From Chiloscyllium plagiosum (Eukaryota), in contig NC_057719.1 of assembly GCF_004010195.1 (NCBI RefSeq), positions 36,635,094 through 36,699,093 of the forward strand: a stretch of 64,000 nt of DNA. The letters run 5' to 3'. Position 1 is the first letter of the stretch. Each line of letters starts with the position of its first letter. Shown one piece after another: positions 1 to 11,639 of the stretch. The notes beneath the pieces are model-generated. The model did not search any database, had not been told where the DNA came from, and was given only the letters and a program-made list of their open reading frames with translations. The position numbers and the translations under genes were made by a program.

Positions 1-3000
1 TTTTTAAAAAATGATTGCATCCTCCTAGTCCTGTCTTCACAATCCTGCGATTTATATAAATCAGAATAAAATTTTCTAAAGATTGCGTTAATCCGTTTAC
101 GATCATGTGTCAGAATACCCGTACTTTCCTTGATAGACGTGGTAGTTTGAGGGGCCTTTTTTTTGCAAGAAATGCTAAGCATCTACCCGGTTTGTCGCCA
201 AATTCATATAACCTTTGTTTTGCGAATAATATTTCCCTCTTAGCCGTTTGGGTAAGCGTAGTGTTTAGAGCTGTCCTAAGGGCCGTAGTCCTTTGCAATT
301 TGGTAATAGAAGGTCTATCAGCGTATGCTGTTTCAGCTGCTTTTAAGCGAGCTTCGAGCAGACGCTGTTGTTCTCCCTATAATTGTTTCTGGGTCGCTGA
401 GTATGAGATGATCAAACCTCGCGCGTAAGCTTTGATGGTCTCCCACATCATTGATGGGTTGCTAGCCGTACCTAAATTAATTTCTAAAAAAGTTTTAAAT
501 TCTTGAGAGAAGTACTTTACAAATTTACTATCTTTCATTAGGAAGGGGTCCATACGCCAATACCGAGGGGATGTCCCGTTGTTCCTCGCCTTGATTTTCA
601 TTTGTACAGCAGCGTGGTCAGAAATTGCTATACTACCTATTTTACAGGATGATATGGAATTTTTAAAAATCGAGGGGGCAAAAAACATATCAATTCTGGT
701 ATGACATTTATGTGGATTGGAGTAAAAAGAAAAATCTCTGCCCTGTGGATGAAGACATCTCCATACATTTACTAATCCTAATTCTTTGTTCAGATCCACC
801 AATTGTCTAGATCTGGGAGATACCCCTGCAGTACTTTTGGGAATCCTATCTATTTCCGGATCCATAATGCAATTAAAGTCTCCCCCTATAATTATATGAC
901 GGGCACCGAGAGCCATCAATTTTGAGAAGGCTTCCATTAGAAATTTAAAGGGGTGTGCCGGGGGGGCAGTACAAATTTAAAATCCCATATTCCTCTCCAT
1001 TTATAAGGACTTTAATCAGAATATATCATCCAGATTCGTCTTTTATCTGATTTAGGATTTTGAAAGGGAAATTATTCCGAATAAGAATAACAACTCCCCT
1101 GCTTTTTGAGCTAAAAGAAGAAAAAAAGGCCTGATCAAATCCACCCTGTCGTAATTTCAAGTGTTCTTTATCCAACAGCTGTGTCTCCTTTAGAAGAGCT
1201 ATATCAACACTTTCTTTCTTGAGATTTGATAATATTTTCTTCCTTTTGACCGGCGAATTACTCCCCTTGACATTCCAGGTGCACCACTTAACCGACTGAT
1301 CAACCATAATCGTCCGGGCAAATCCGAGACCCCTCGGGAGGGGAAACCCTATCCAGAACATCCCGAGCATAGAGCATATAAAATTCACAAAAATAAAGGC
1401 TCTCTAATACACTCACAACAGTATAATAAAAAACTATTTCTAAATAATAAAAAAAATAAAACTTATTTAAATGGAGATTTTCCCCCTTGTTCCCAGGGGG
1501 TGTCACTTCCTTTCCAAAGGTCCATCGTATCCTCTCCCAACCAATGCCCCACCCTTGACCCAGGCGCACCTCAATAGGATGAGGAGAATTCAGATATAAT
1601 ACAAAGCTAGAGTTAGGTGAGCATCCTATCCCCACCACCCCCCCCACCCACACCAACACCTGGATATATTTGGTAATGTTAATACCATGTGTAAACATAT
1701 ATAACTATAAAATTACAACCTCAACAAATAATAATTAAATATAATAGTACAAAATAACAAGGGAAAACAACCCCGCTCCTAGAGACAGTGGTAAAATAGA
1801 ATAAGGTAACCACCTCCCCCCACCAACATTAACTATATATATATATATATATATACATACATACACATACAAACATATGTATATACATACGTATACACAA
1901 ACACATACATAGAATAATAAAAAAAACCCCAAGTGGGGGAGAACAAATAAATAAATCCCTCTCCCCACCTCCCCAGGTAATATTAAACAGTAAGGTAAGA
2001 AAAAAGAAAAAGGGGGGGGATATAAACCGGAGTGGAGGGGAAGGCAAACCAACATCCTTTATCTCTTACAATTTACCTAAGAGAGTCCAAAAATTCCTTA
2101 GCCTTTTCCGGCGATCCGAAGTTATACACGGATCCTTCATGGTTAAAGCGTAGCGTCGCTGGGTAGCATAAGGAGTACTGAATATTTAAGTCCCTTAAAC
2201 ACTTCTTCGCCTCATCGAATGCCTTCCTCTTTCAGACCAGAGCTGGGGAAAAGTCCTGGAATAACATGATCTTGGATCCTTTATAGATCATGGCTTGGGG
2301 ATCTTTTTCAAGATTTCTAGAGGCTTCTAGGAGTATCTGCCTCTCCCTATAACTCTGCAGCCAGAAGAGGACCGGGCGGGGACGCTGGTTCGAGCCGGGC
2401 CTGCGTATTGCAACCCGGTAGGCCCATTCTACCCTGACCTGGCCTGATCCAGCCTCCAGATTTAACAGCTGTGGCACCCACTGCTCGAGGAACGATGTAA
2501 GCTGGCCTTCCTCTTCCCGCTCGGGAAGGCCCAGCAAACGAATATTTTTTCGACGACCTCGATTATCGAGGTCATCAGTATGATTCTCTAAGGTCCGGAC
2601 TCGCTGTTCGAGAGTTCGGACCTGATCCACGGCTGTAGTTTCGGAGGTCGCGGCCTTTAGCTCCGCCCCTCCGACTCGGCGCTCGATTACTTTAATGTCT
2701 CGGTCGTGTTTTTACAGCGCGTCGGGATTCTTCAATAAATGTGTCGATCTTCGCATCCAGTTTGGAGATGATTTCCACGAGGCTCGCCACTGTAGCTAAG
2801 TCCCCCGGGGCGGCTGCGGATGCCTCTCCTGAAGCTGGAGAGGGTGGGGGAGGGGTTCCTGCTTGCTGAGAGCTGCGGGCTCCCTTCCCTTTACTCATTT
2901 TTACTAAAGATTAGATTGTTTAAATTTAATACTAAGCAACTAATTAAATTAAACAGCAATTTTAAATGATTTGGTGAGTGTGGTGGGGGTGGGTGGCCCA

Positions 3001-3069
3001 CTTTGCCCAAGTCTTGGGAGGAGCACTGTAGACTCAGACTTGCTGGGTCGCCGCCATCTTGGATCCCCC
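1..3069 (-). mobile_element. L1-clade LINE, 5' portion (5'UTR, ORF1, long spacer, ORF2 endonuclease), disrupted; continues beyond the window start
   Basis: The 5' end is GGGGGATCCAAGATGGCGGC. ORF1 (~2898-2073) has LDNRGRRKNIRLLGLPE and IMLFQDFS with frameshifts. ORF2 from 1307 has APE motifs TWNVKG, GGDFN, TRID, SDH and WRMD, with stops. Confidence 0.93.
1833..1910. repeat. (TA)n/(TACA)n microsatellite in the L1 inter-ORF spacer
   Basis: Seen directly in the sequence. Confidence 0.9.
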
Positions 3070-3419
3070 GAAAAGGCAGTTTAAGCAAGTTTCCACCTCA
3101 CTATCTTCGGCCAATCGTCGGCATCTTTTAGCAGGACAAGACCACTAACTGAGATCTTCTGGAAACTGTTAATTCCATCATGAATTCAATCCTAAGCTAA
3201 GGATGTCTGTTGCCTCAATTCATTCCATTGATTATAGCCATGTACCCAACTGCTTTCTCTACTATGTGCTAGTCGTGAGGTCACAGCCTTCCGCTGTTGA
3301 AACCTCAGCTGCAAGCATATCTATGAGCAAGATGTGAAGTTGGCGCATACTGACAACCGGAAGGCAGTCGTAGATGACCATGATCTCTAGAGGCCAATTG
3401 TTTGGAAGAGGGAAGGAGA

Positions 3420-6400
3420 AAGAACAAAGAGAACAAAGAAAATTTACAGCCCAGGAACAGGCCCTTCAGCCCTCCGTGCCTGAGCCGATCCAAAACCACT
3501 GTCTAAATCTATTGCACAATTTCTAAGCATCTGATTTCCTCTGCCCCCCATCTATTCATGCATCTGTCCAGACGCATCTTAAATGAATCTACCGTACCTG
3601 CCTCTACCACCTCTGCTGGCAACGCATTCCAGGCACCTACCATTCTCTGTAAGTACTTGCCATGTGTGTCCCCCTTAAACTTTTCACCTCTCACCTTGGA
3701 AGCCTGACCTTTCATTATTCAATCCTTCACTCTGGGTAAAAGCTTATCTCTATCCACCCTGTCTATACCCTTCATTATTTTGTGACCTCAATCAGGTCCC
3801 CCATCAATCTCCTTTTTTCTAATGAAAACAATCCTGACCTACTCAATCTCTCTTCATAGCTAGCACCTTCCATACCAGGCAACATCCTCGTAAACCTTCT
3901 CTGCACCCTCTCCAAAGCATCCACAGCCTTTTGGTAATGTGGCGACCAGAACGGTACACAGTATTCTAAATGTGGCCGATCAATGTCTTGTAGAATTTTA
4001 ACATGATTTGCCAGCTTTTATACTTAATACCCCGTCCAATGAAAGCAAGCATACCATATGCCTTCTTGACCACTTTATCCACCTGTGCAGCAACCTTCAG
4101 GGTACAATGGACCTGCACTCCCAGATCTCTCTGTTCATCAACTTTTCCCAAGGCTCTTTCATTTACTGTATAATTTGCTTGAGAATTAAACTTCTCAAAA
4201 TGAATCACCTCATATTTGCCTGGATTAAACTCCATCTGCCACTTCTCCATCCAACTCTCCAGTCTATCTATATTCTCCTGCATTCTTTGATAGTCCCCTA
4301 TGCTTTCTGCTACTCCATCAAACTTGATGTCATCTGCAAACTTGCTGATCATACCAACAGTGCCCTCTTCCAGATCATTTGTGTATATCACAAACAACAG
4401 AGGCCCCAGCACTGATCCCTGTGGAACACCACTAGTCACCTTCCTCCATTTCGAGAAACTACCTTCAACTACTACTCTCTGTCTCCTGTTGCTCAACCAG
4501 TTTTTTATCCACCCAGCTAGAACACCCTGCACACCATGTGACTTCACTTTCTCCATTAGTTTACCATGGAGAACCTTATCAAACCAATTAGCCATACTAA
4601 AGTCCATGTATATGACATCCACAGCCCTTCCTTCACCTATCAACTTGGTCACTTCCTCAAAGAACTCTATGTTGGTAAGGCACGATCTCCCCCGCACAAA
4701 ACCATGTTGCCTATCACTGACAAGCCCATACTTTTCCAACTATAAATAGATTTTATCCCTCAGCACTTTCTCCAGCAACTTTCCCACCACTGATGTCAGG
4801 CTCACTGGTCTATGGTTAACCAGAATATCCCTACTACCCTTCTTGTATGGGGAGACAACATGAGAAACCCTCCAGTCCTCCGGCACCTCACCTGTGTTTA
4901 AGGATGCTACAAAGATATCTGTCAGGGCCCCAGCTGTTTCCTGTCTCGCCTCCCTCAGCAACCTGAGATAGATCCCATCCGGTCCTGGGGATTTGTCCAC
5001 CTTAATAACCTCTAGCATACCCAATACATCTTCCCTACTTATGCCAACGTAATCCAGACCATTCAAACTTATATCTCTAATCTCAACATTTATCATGTCC
5101 CTCTCCTCAGTGAATGCTAATGCAAAGTAATCATTCAGAATGTCACCCATTTTCTCAGATTCAACACAAATCTTTCTTTCTTTATCCTTTAGTGGAACAA
5201 ACCTTTCTCTAGTTACCCTCTTGCTTCTTATATAAGAATAAAAGCTTTGGGATTCTCCTTAATTCTGCTCGCGGAAGCTATCTCATGACCCCTTTTAGCC
5301 CACTTGATTCCTCGTTTAAGACTAGTCCTACTCTCCCGATATTCCTCCAGGGCCCATTCTGTTCTTAGCTGCCTGGGCTTTATGTACACTTCCTTTTTCC
5401 TCTTGGCTAGTCGTATGATTTCTCCTGTCATCCACGATTCACAAATCGTGCCTTTCCTATCCTTTACTTTCAATGGGAAATGCCTATCCTGCACTATCTT
5501 TGAAAGCCTCCCACATATCAAATGTGGACTTCCCTTCAAATAGCTGTGTCCAATCCACATTTCCCAGCTCCTGCCTAATTTTGATATAATTGGCCTTGGA
5601 CCAGTTTTGTATTCTTCCCTTAGGACCACTGTCATCTTTATCTATGAGTATTCTAAAACTTACAGAATTGTGGTCACTATTCCCAAAGAAATCCCCCACC
5701 GCAACTTCTACCACCTGGTCTGGCTCATTTCCCCAACACCAGGTCCAATATGGCCTCTTCCCGCGTCGGACTGTTGACATACTGCGCTAGAAATCTCTTC
5801 TGGACACTTCTTACAAATTCTGCCCTATCCAGACCTCTGACACTAAGTGTATCCCAGTCAATGTTGGGAAAATTAAAATCTCCCATCACCACCAACCTAT
5901 TGCCTCTATATCTTTCCATAATCTGTTTACCTATTTGTTCTTCTACCTCATGCTCACTGTTGGGAGGCCTGTAATACAGCTCCAGCAATGTAACTGCTTA
6001 TTTCTCAACTCCACCCATAATGCCTCACTACTCAAGCCCTCGATAGTGTCCTCCTTTAGCACAGCCATGATATCATCCCTGACAAGCAACGCAACTCCTC
6101 CCCCCACCTTTTACTTCCCTCCCTGTCCTGTCTGAAGCTTCTATATCCTGGAACATTTAGTCGCCAATCATGCCCTTCCTTCAACCAAGTCTCTGTGATT
6201 GCAATGACGTCATACTCCCAGGCACCAATCCAAGCCCTAAGTTCATCCGCCTTACCTCCTTGCATTAAAGTATATGCACATCAGGCCACCATTCTTTTGC
6301 GTTCATCTGCTCTCTGCCTACTCTTCCTCCTGGTAATGCTAACTTCATGATCCTTACAGTCTCCAGTTTCCACCTTGCTGTCTACTTGTCTTCTCTTCTG

Positions 6401-7610
6401 GTTCTCAGCCCCCTGTCACATTAGTTTAAAACCTCCCCAACAACAGTAGCAAAACTCCCCCAAGGACATTAGTTCCAGTCTGGTTCAGGGGTAGGCCATC
6501 CGATTTGTAATAGTCCCATCTTCCCCAGAACCGGGCCCAATGTCCAACAAATCTGAACTCCTCCCTCCTACACCATCCCTCAAGCCACATGTTCATTCTG
6601 TCTATTCTGTCTTTTCTACGCTGGCGAGCACATGGCACTCGTAGTAATCCCCAGATCACTACCGTTGAGGTCCTCCTTTTTAACTTCTCTCCTAGCTCCC
6701 TGAATTCTGCTTTCAGGGCCTCATCTCGTTTTCTTATTTATATCATTGGTGCCTATACGCACCATGACAACTGGCTGTTCACCCTCCCCTTTCAGAATGC
6801 TCTGAAGCCGATCGGTGACATCCCTGACCTGAGCACCCAGGAGGCAACAAAACATCTGGAAGTCATGTTTTCAGCCACAGAACCACCTATCTACTCCCCT
6901 TACAATAGAATTTCCAATGACAATGGCCCTACGAGTCTTTGTCCTGCCCTTCTGAACAGCTGTGTTCGCCATGGTGCCATGATCTTGACAACTGCTGCCC
7001 TCTCCTGGTGAGCCATCTCCCCCAACAGTATCCAAAACGGTATACCTGTTTTGGAGGGAGATGACCGCAGGGGAAACCTGCACTGCCTTGCTACTCTTCT
7101 TCTGCCTTGTGGTCACCCATTCACTGTCTCCCTCAGCAATTCTAACCTGCAGTGTGACCCATTCACTAAACATGCTGTATCCATGATTTCCTCAGCATCG
7201 CGAATGCTCCACTGTGAGTCCATCTGTAGCTCCAGAGCCGTCATGCGGTCAAACAAGAGCTGCTGCTGGACACACTTCTTGCAAGTGTAAGAGTCAGGAA
7301 CGTCAGCCACGTCCCTGAGCTCCTACATCAAGCAAGAGGCACATGCCATGGGTCTGAGGTCCCCAGCCATTGTAAGCCTTAGCTTTATATCAACTAACTA
7401 AAACCAAACAATGCACTTAAATATATGAAAGAAAAGAAAGAGAAAAACTAAAAGCCTTACTTTACAGAGTCTTTTTCTTCTGGCTAGGGGAGGGGGGGAG
7501 TGTGGGAGGGAGATACTACACGTGTAGTTTCTTGGGTTTAGCCGCTGCCCAAACTTATACTAAGTCCTTATCTTCCCAGCACCCTCCTGGTCTCCACATC
7601 ATCTCCACTC
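3420..7610 (-). mobile_element. Near full-length CR1 LINE (zinc finger + SGNH esterase ORF1, APE-RT ORF2), decayed
   Basis: ORF fragments: [75 protein letters not shown]. Short tandem tail (AGAACAAAG on +) at 3420. Confidence 0.93.
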
Positions 7611-8734
7611 TGTCTCCTGCTTGCTCCCGGAGAGGAAAATGATAAACTCAGTTGGTCAAGTAAATCATCTTATCAGCCTACTCTCTTCCTTTGCAGTTGA
7701 CACTGCTTGGCCAGAGTGGGACTCCTGAGGCACACCAAGTTATGATTAAAACAGAATTGACCACCATAGTGCAAAGCATCAGCAAGTGAGATGGAAGATC
7801 ACGAATAACATCTTATAACTCAGCACATTAAAATGGGACTTCATCTGCACAAGGGCTATGTAATGGTCACCATTACTGTCATGGGCAGATATATCCATGA
7901 TAACTAATTTAATGAAGCTGAGGTATGTAGGCTCCATCTTGATTCCCTCACTACTGACATTGGCCCACTCTGTATCCAAGCCTCTTGGTAGGTAATGGTG
8001 CTACCAGTCTGCATTTGGTGATAGGTGTTCAAATCTCCAGGTGCCTTGAGTATATTTTTTGTCTGTGAAACTGTTCCTTCAAGTGATTTTTAAACATGAT
8101 GGCATGCTTTTCACCAACAGAGGGACACAGCTGGATAGGATTAATTAGGTGCCAGAGTCAATGTTGAAGACTCTCAATGTCAGTCCCTTCAATTGTCAGG
8201 TATGTCTGTCTTGCCTGTGGAACAGGACATTGTCCGCAATTTCCCAATTCCTGGGTAATGTATCAACTACCCTTGCACATTAATTTACTAGTATGGTGTA
8301 CCTCTGACATCTAAATTATATGTTGGTACAAAATCTGCAGTTACGGCTCAAAATATACACAATTTTTTTTAAGAAATGTTGAAACAACTTGTTTAAAATT
8401 AACTTAACACTTGCTTGTTTTAATATTCTAAAGTGCTCTCCTCTTTTTCTTGTAAATAGAACACTGAAGGTCAACTGACAAGTTATTATTAGATGTGCTT
8501 TAAAATTAACTGCTTTCAAAGGTATTAGATTTCAACATTACACCTGGCATCCTAGAAATTGTTCCCTTGGATATAAATGGTCGATATTAACTTTATAATG
8601 AATAGGCTGTAATATCTCACTAGCAAAGAATAATCTTGTTTGTACCCTTTCATGTGATTATTCGGCAAGTAATTGATTGTATAATTGAATGAAAAATCAT
8701 TGATATCATCTCCACAAAGCTTGCCCAAAGGCTC

Positions 8735-10020
8735 AGAGATTGTACAAGCCCTTTGGCCCTTGATATTGCGCTGACCTTTTATCCTACTCTAAGATCAACA
8801 CCTACATACCCTTCATGGTACTGTCTTCCATGTGCCTATCCAAGAATCGCTTAAATGTCCCTAATGTATCTGAACCTACCACCACGGCTGGCAGTGCATT
8901 CCACACACCCACCACTGTCTGTGTAAAAAAAACCTACCTGACATCTCCCCTGAACCTTCCTCCAATCACCTCAAAATTATGCCCCCTCATGATAGCCATT
9001 TCCACCCTGGGAAAAAGTCTCTGGCTATCCACTCTCTCTATGCCTCTCATCATCTTGTACATCTTTATCAAATCATTTCCCGTCCTTCCTCACCCCAATG
9101 AGATAAACCCTGGCTCCCTCACCCTCACTTCATAAAACTTGCCCTCCAGTTCAGGCAAAATCCTGATAAATCTCCTCTGCACCCTCTCTAAAGCTTCCAA
9201 TTCCTTCCTATAATGAGGTGACAGAACTGAATACAAAATTCCAAGAGCTGTACAGAGCTGCAGCATAACCTCATGGCTCTTAAACTCAATCGCCCTGCTA
9301 ATGAAAGCCAACACACTTTATTCCTTCCTAACAACCTGTTAACCTGGGTGGCAACTTTGAGGGATCTATGGACACAGACCCAAAGATCCCTCTGTTCCTC
9401 CACACTGTCAACACTCCTGCTTTTAACTATGTATTCTGCATTCAAATTCGATCTTCTAAATGAATCACTTCACACTTTTGAGTTGAAAAATGTGGTGCTT
9501 GAAAAACACAGCAGGCCAGGCAGCATCTGAGGAGCAGGAGAATCGACGTTTTGGGCATTTTTCCAGCACCACATTTTTCAACTCTGGTCTCCAGCATCTG
9601 CAATCCTCACTTTCTCCTCACTTCACACTTTTCCAGGTTGAACTCCATCTGCCACTTATCAACCCAGTTCTGCATCCTGTTAATGCCCGTTGCAACTTAC
9701 AACAACCCTCCACACTACCCACCACTCCACCAACCTTCATGTCATCAGCAAACTTACTAATCCACCCTTCCACTTCTTCATCCAGGTCATTTATAAAATT
9801 TACAAAGAACAGAGGTCCCAGACCTGATCCCTGAGGAACACCACTGGTCACCTAGCTCCAGGCTGAATACTTTCCATCTACCACCACCCTCTGTCATCTC
9901 TGGGCTAGCCAATTCTATATCCAAACAGCCAGATTTATCTGTATCCCAAGCCTCCTTACTTTCTGAATGAGCCTACCATGGGGAACCTTGTGAAACACCT
10001 CGCTAAAAGCTGTGTACACC
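8735..10020 (-). mobile_element. 5'-truncated CR1 LINE fragment, interrupted by a Penelope fold-back
   Basis: GVPQGSGLGP...KFADD and ERVQRRF fragments. Confidence 0.88.
9480..9617. mobile_element. Short Penelope-derived fold-back insertion (family A)
   Basis: Inverted arms with the CATCTGCAaTCCTCACTTTCTCC tail. 15-bp TSD TCACTTCACACTTTT at 9465-9479 and 9618-9632. Confidence 0.85.
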
Positions 10021-11400
10021 ATAATATGATTGATCTTTATGTTTTTTCCCTAGAGTGGTAACCTTGGGATATGTATCTTGGTACATTGCCATTCTGTGTT
10101 CCTTTTTTCCCAAATTTAGATAACTTAACTTCCACATATTTTATTCATCCCTTGGACTGATTTAGAGTCTGGCAAATTAATTAGCCTTACTCTCAATACC
10201 ATGAAAAGACTAAAACTGAATTGGCTTTCTAAGAAATTAATGTTCAAAGCAAGGCTGCATGCAGGGTATTTGGAACATTTTGCCAATTGAGCCAAGATCA
10301 GTGGCAAATCTAAACTTCAATTGTATTTCCATACCTTTTTAACTATACCATTTCATGTTATTACCCAACAAAGTCCAGTTGATGTGATCTTGAACCTTAA
10401 AATTGACCCAACATCCAGAGATTTTTGAGTAAAGTTTCAGACTTTCATTAACCTTTATTCCAGCTGCATAGCTTTAAGATTGTTCCTCCTTACTCTGGAT
10501 TCCCATCAGAAGAGCTTCTCTGCATCTGACCTAATCAATAATCCTTCAGTATTTTAAATGCATCCTGCACCTTTCTTGAACTTGAAGTAAATAAAAATCA
10601 AAATTTATATAACCTATCCTAATAATCTAACCTCTTTATGATTGCATCCTGACAAATTTGCACGGCAACCCCTTCAAAGCCAATAAAAGTTCCAATATAA
10701 TGCTCCAAATGGAATACATTCATTCAGATAGGGTCTGACCAAGACTTAAAAATACAATTGACTTGTATCTTCTATCCCTAAAAAAAAAATCACCTTGAGA
10801 GGTTCCTGAGAGAATAGTTCCAGTTAAAGGGAATTAGTGGTTAGGTTAAGTAAGTGAGACTGTCCGGGGACTTTAGGAAAAGAGGTAGAATTACTAAGTG
10901 TTTACTTGAAGTGGCATTTCTTAGTCTATTTCAAATAAAATTATTATGTGTGCAACTTAGTAGTTTATTTCTACCAGCTGGGAGAAGCTTAAAGATCCAT
11001 TATTTTACATTAATAATATACTAATTGGACTTTATATCAGAATCTCAACCAGAAGGTACTCTGCCTGAACTCTCACTCAAAGTTCACCAGTCCCCAGTCT
11101 GCAATTCCCATCTCATCTCTTCCTTTATCTGGTCCGCACTATACCCTGCATAAATTGGACCAAACAAAATTAATGAAGTTTCAAATGATAAATTTCTTAC
11201 ATTCTAATTTAAACAAAAGCACATGCAAAAATGACAATCAATTGTTGTGCCTTAATCTATAGATTTGTCACTCCAATCAAGATCAGATTATTTTCTAGGA
11301 TTGTCAATAAAACAATTTAAAAGCAAAAGGTCAATTTACAGGAGAAAATATTAGTTAATTTCCTCTCCAAATATTTTAATTGTTTAAAAACTAGTCCAGG

Positions 11401-11620
11401 GGAGAAAGTGAGGTCTGCAGATGCTGGAGATCAGAGCTGAAAATGTGTTGCTGGAGAAGCGCAGCAGGTCAGGCAGCATCCAGGGAACAGGAGAATCGAC
11501 GTTTCGGGCATAAGCCCTTCTTCAGGAATGAGAAGAAGGGCTTATGCCCGAAACGTCGATTCTCCTGTTCCCTGGATGCTGCCTGACCTGCTGCGCTTCT
11601 CCAGCAACACATTTTCAGCT
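11401..11620. mobile_element. Penelope-derived fold-back insertion (family A) with hammerhead motif
   Basis: Near-perfect inverted arms of about 90 bp. TSD AAAAACTAGTCCAGG at 11386-11400 and 11621-11635. Confidence 0.9.
11493..11530 (-). ncRNA. Minimal type I hammerhead ribozyme motif
   Basis: The minus strand reads TTC-CTGAAGA-A-GGGC-TTAT-GCCC-GAAA-CG-TC-GA: intact CUGANGA/GAAA core, 4-bp stem II, palindromic ACGT and a GUC site. Confidence 0.75.
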
Positions 11621-11639
11621 AAAAACTAGTCCAGGCAAT

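Noticed and set aside
3250..3400. RTE-like C-terminal remnant (also ~7700-8270 and ~60020-60170)
   Set aside because: Plausible, but too decayed to bound or classify reliably.
11401..11620. Fold-backs as miRNA precursors or DNA-transposon MITEs
   Set aside because: The arms match the terminal repeats of RT-bearing Penelope copies in the window, and the TSDs are long and variable.
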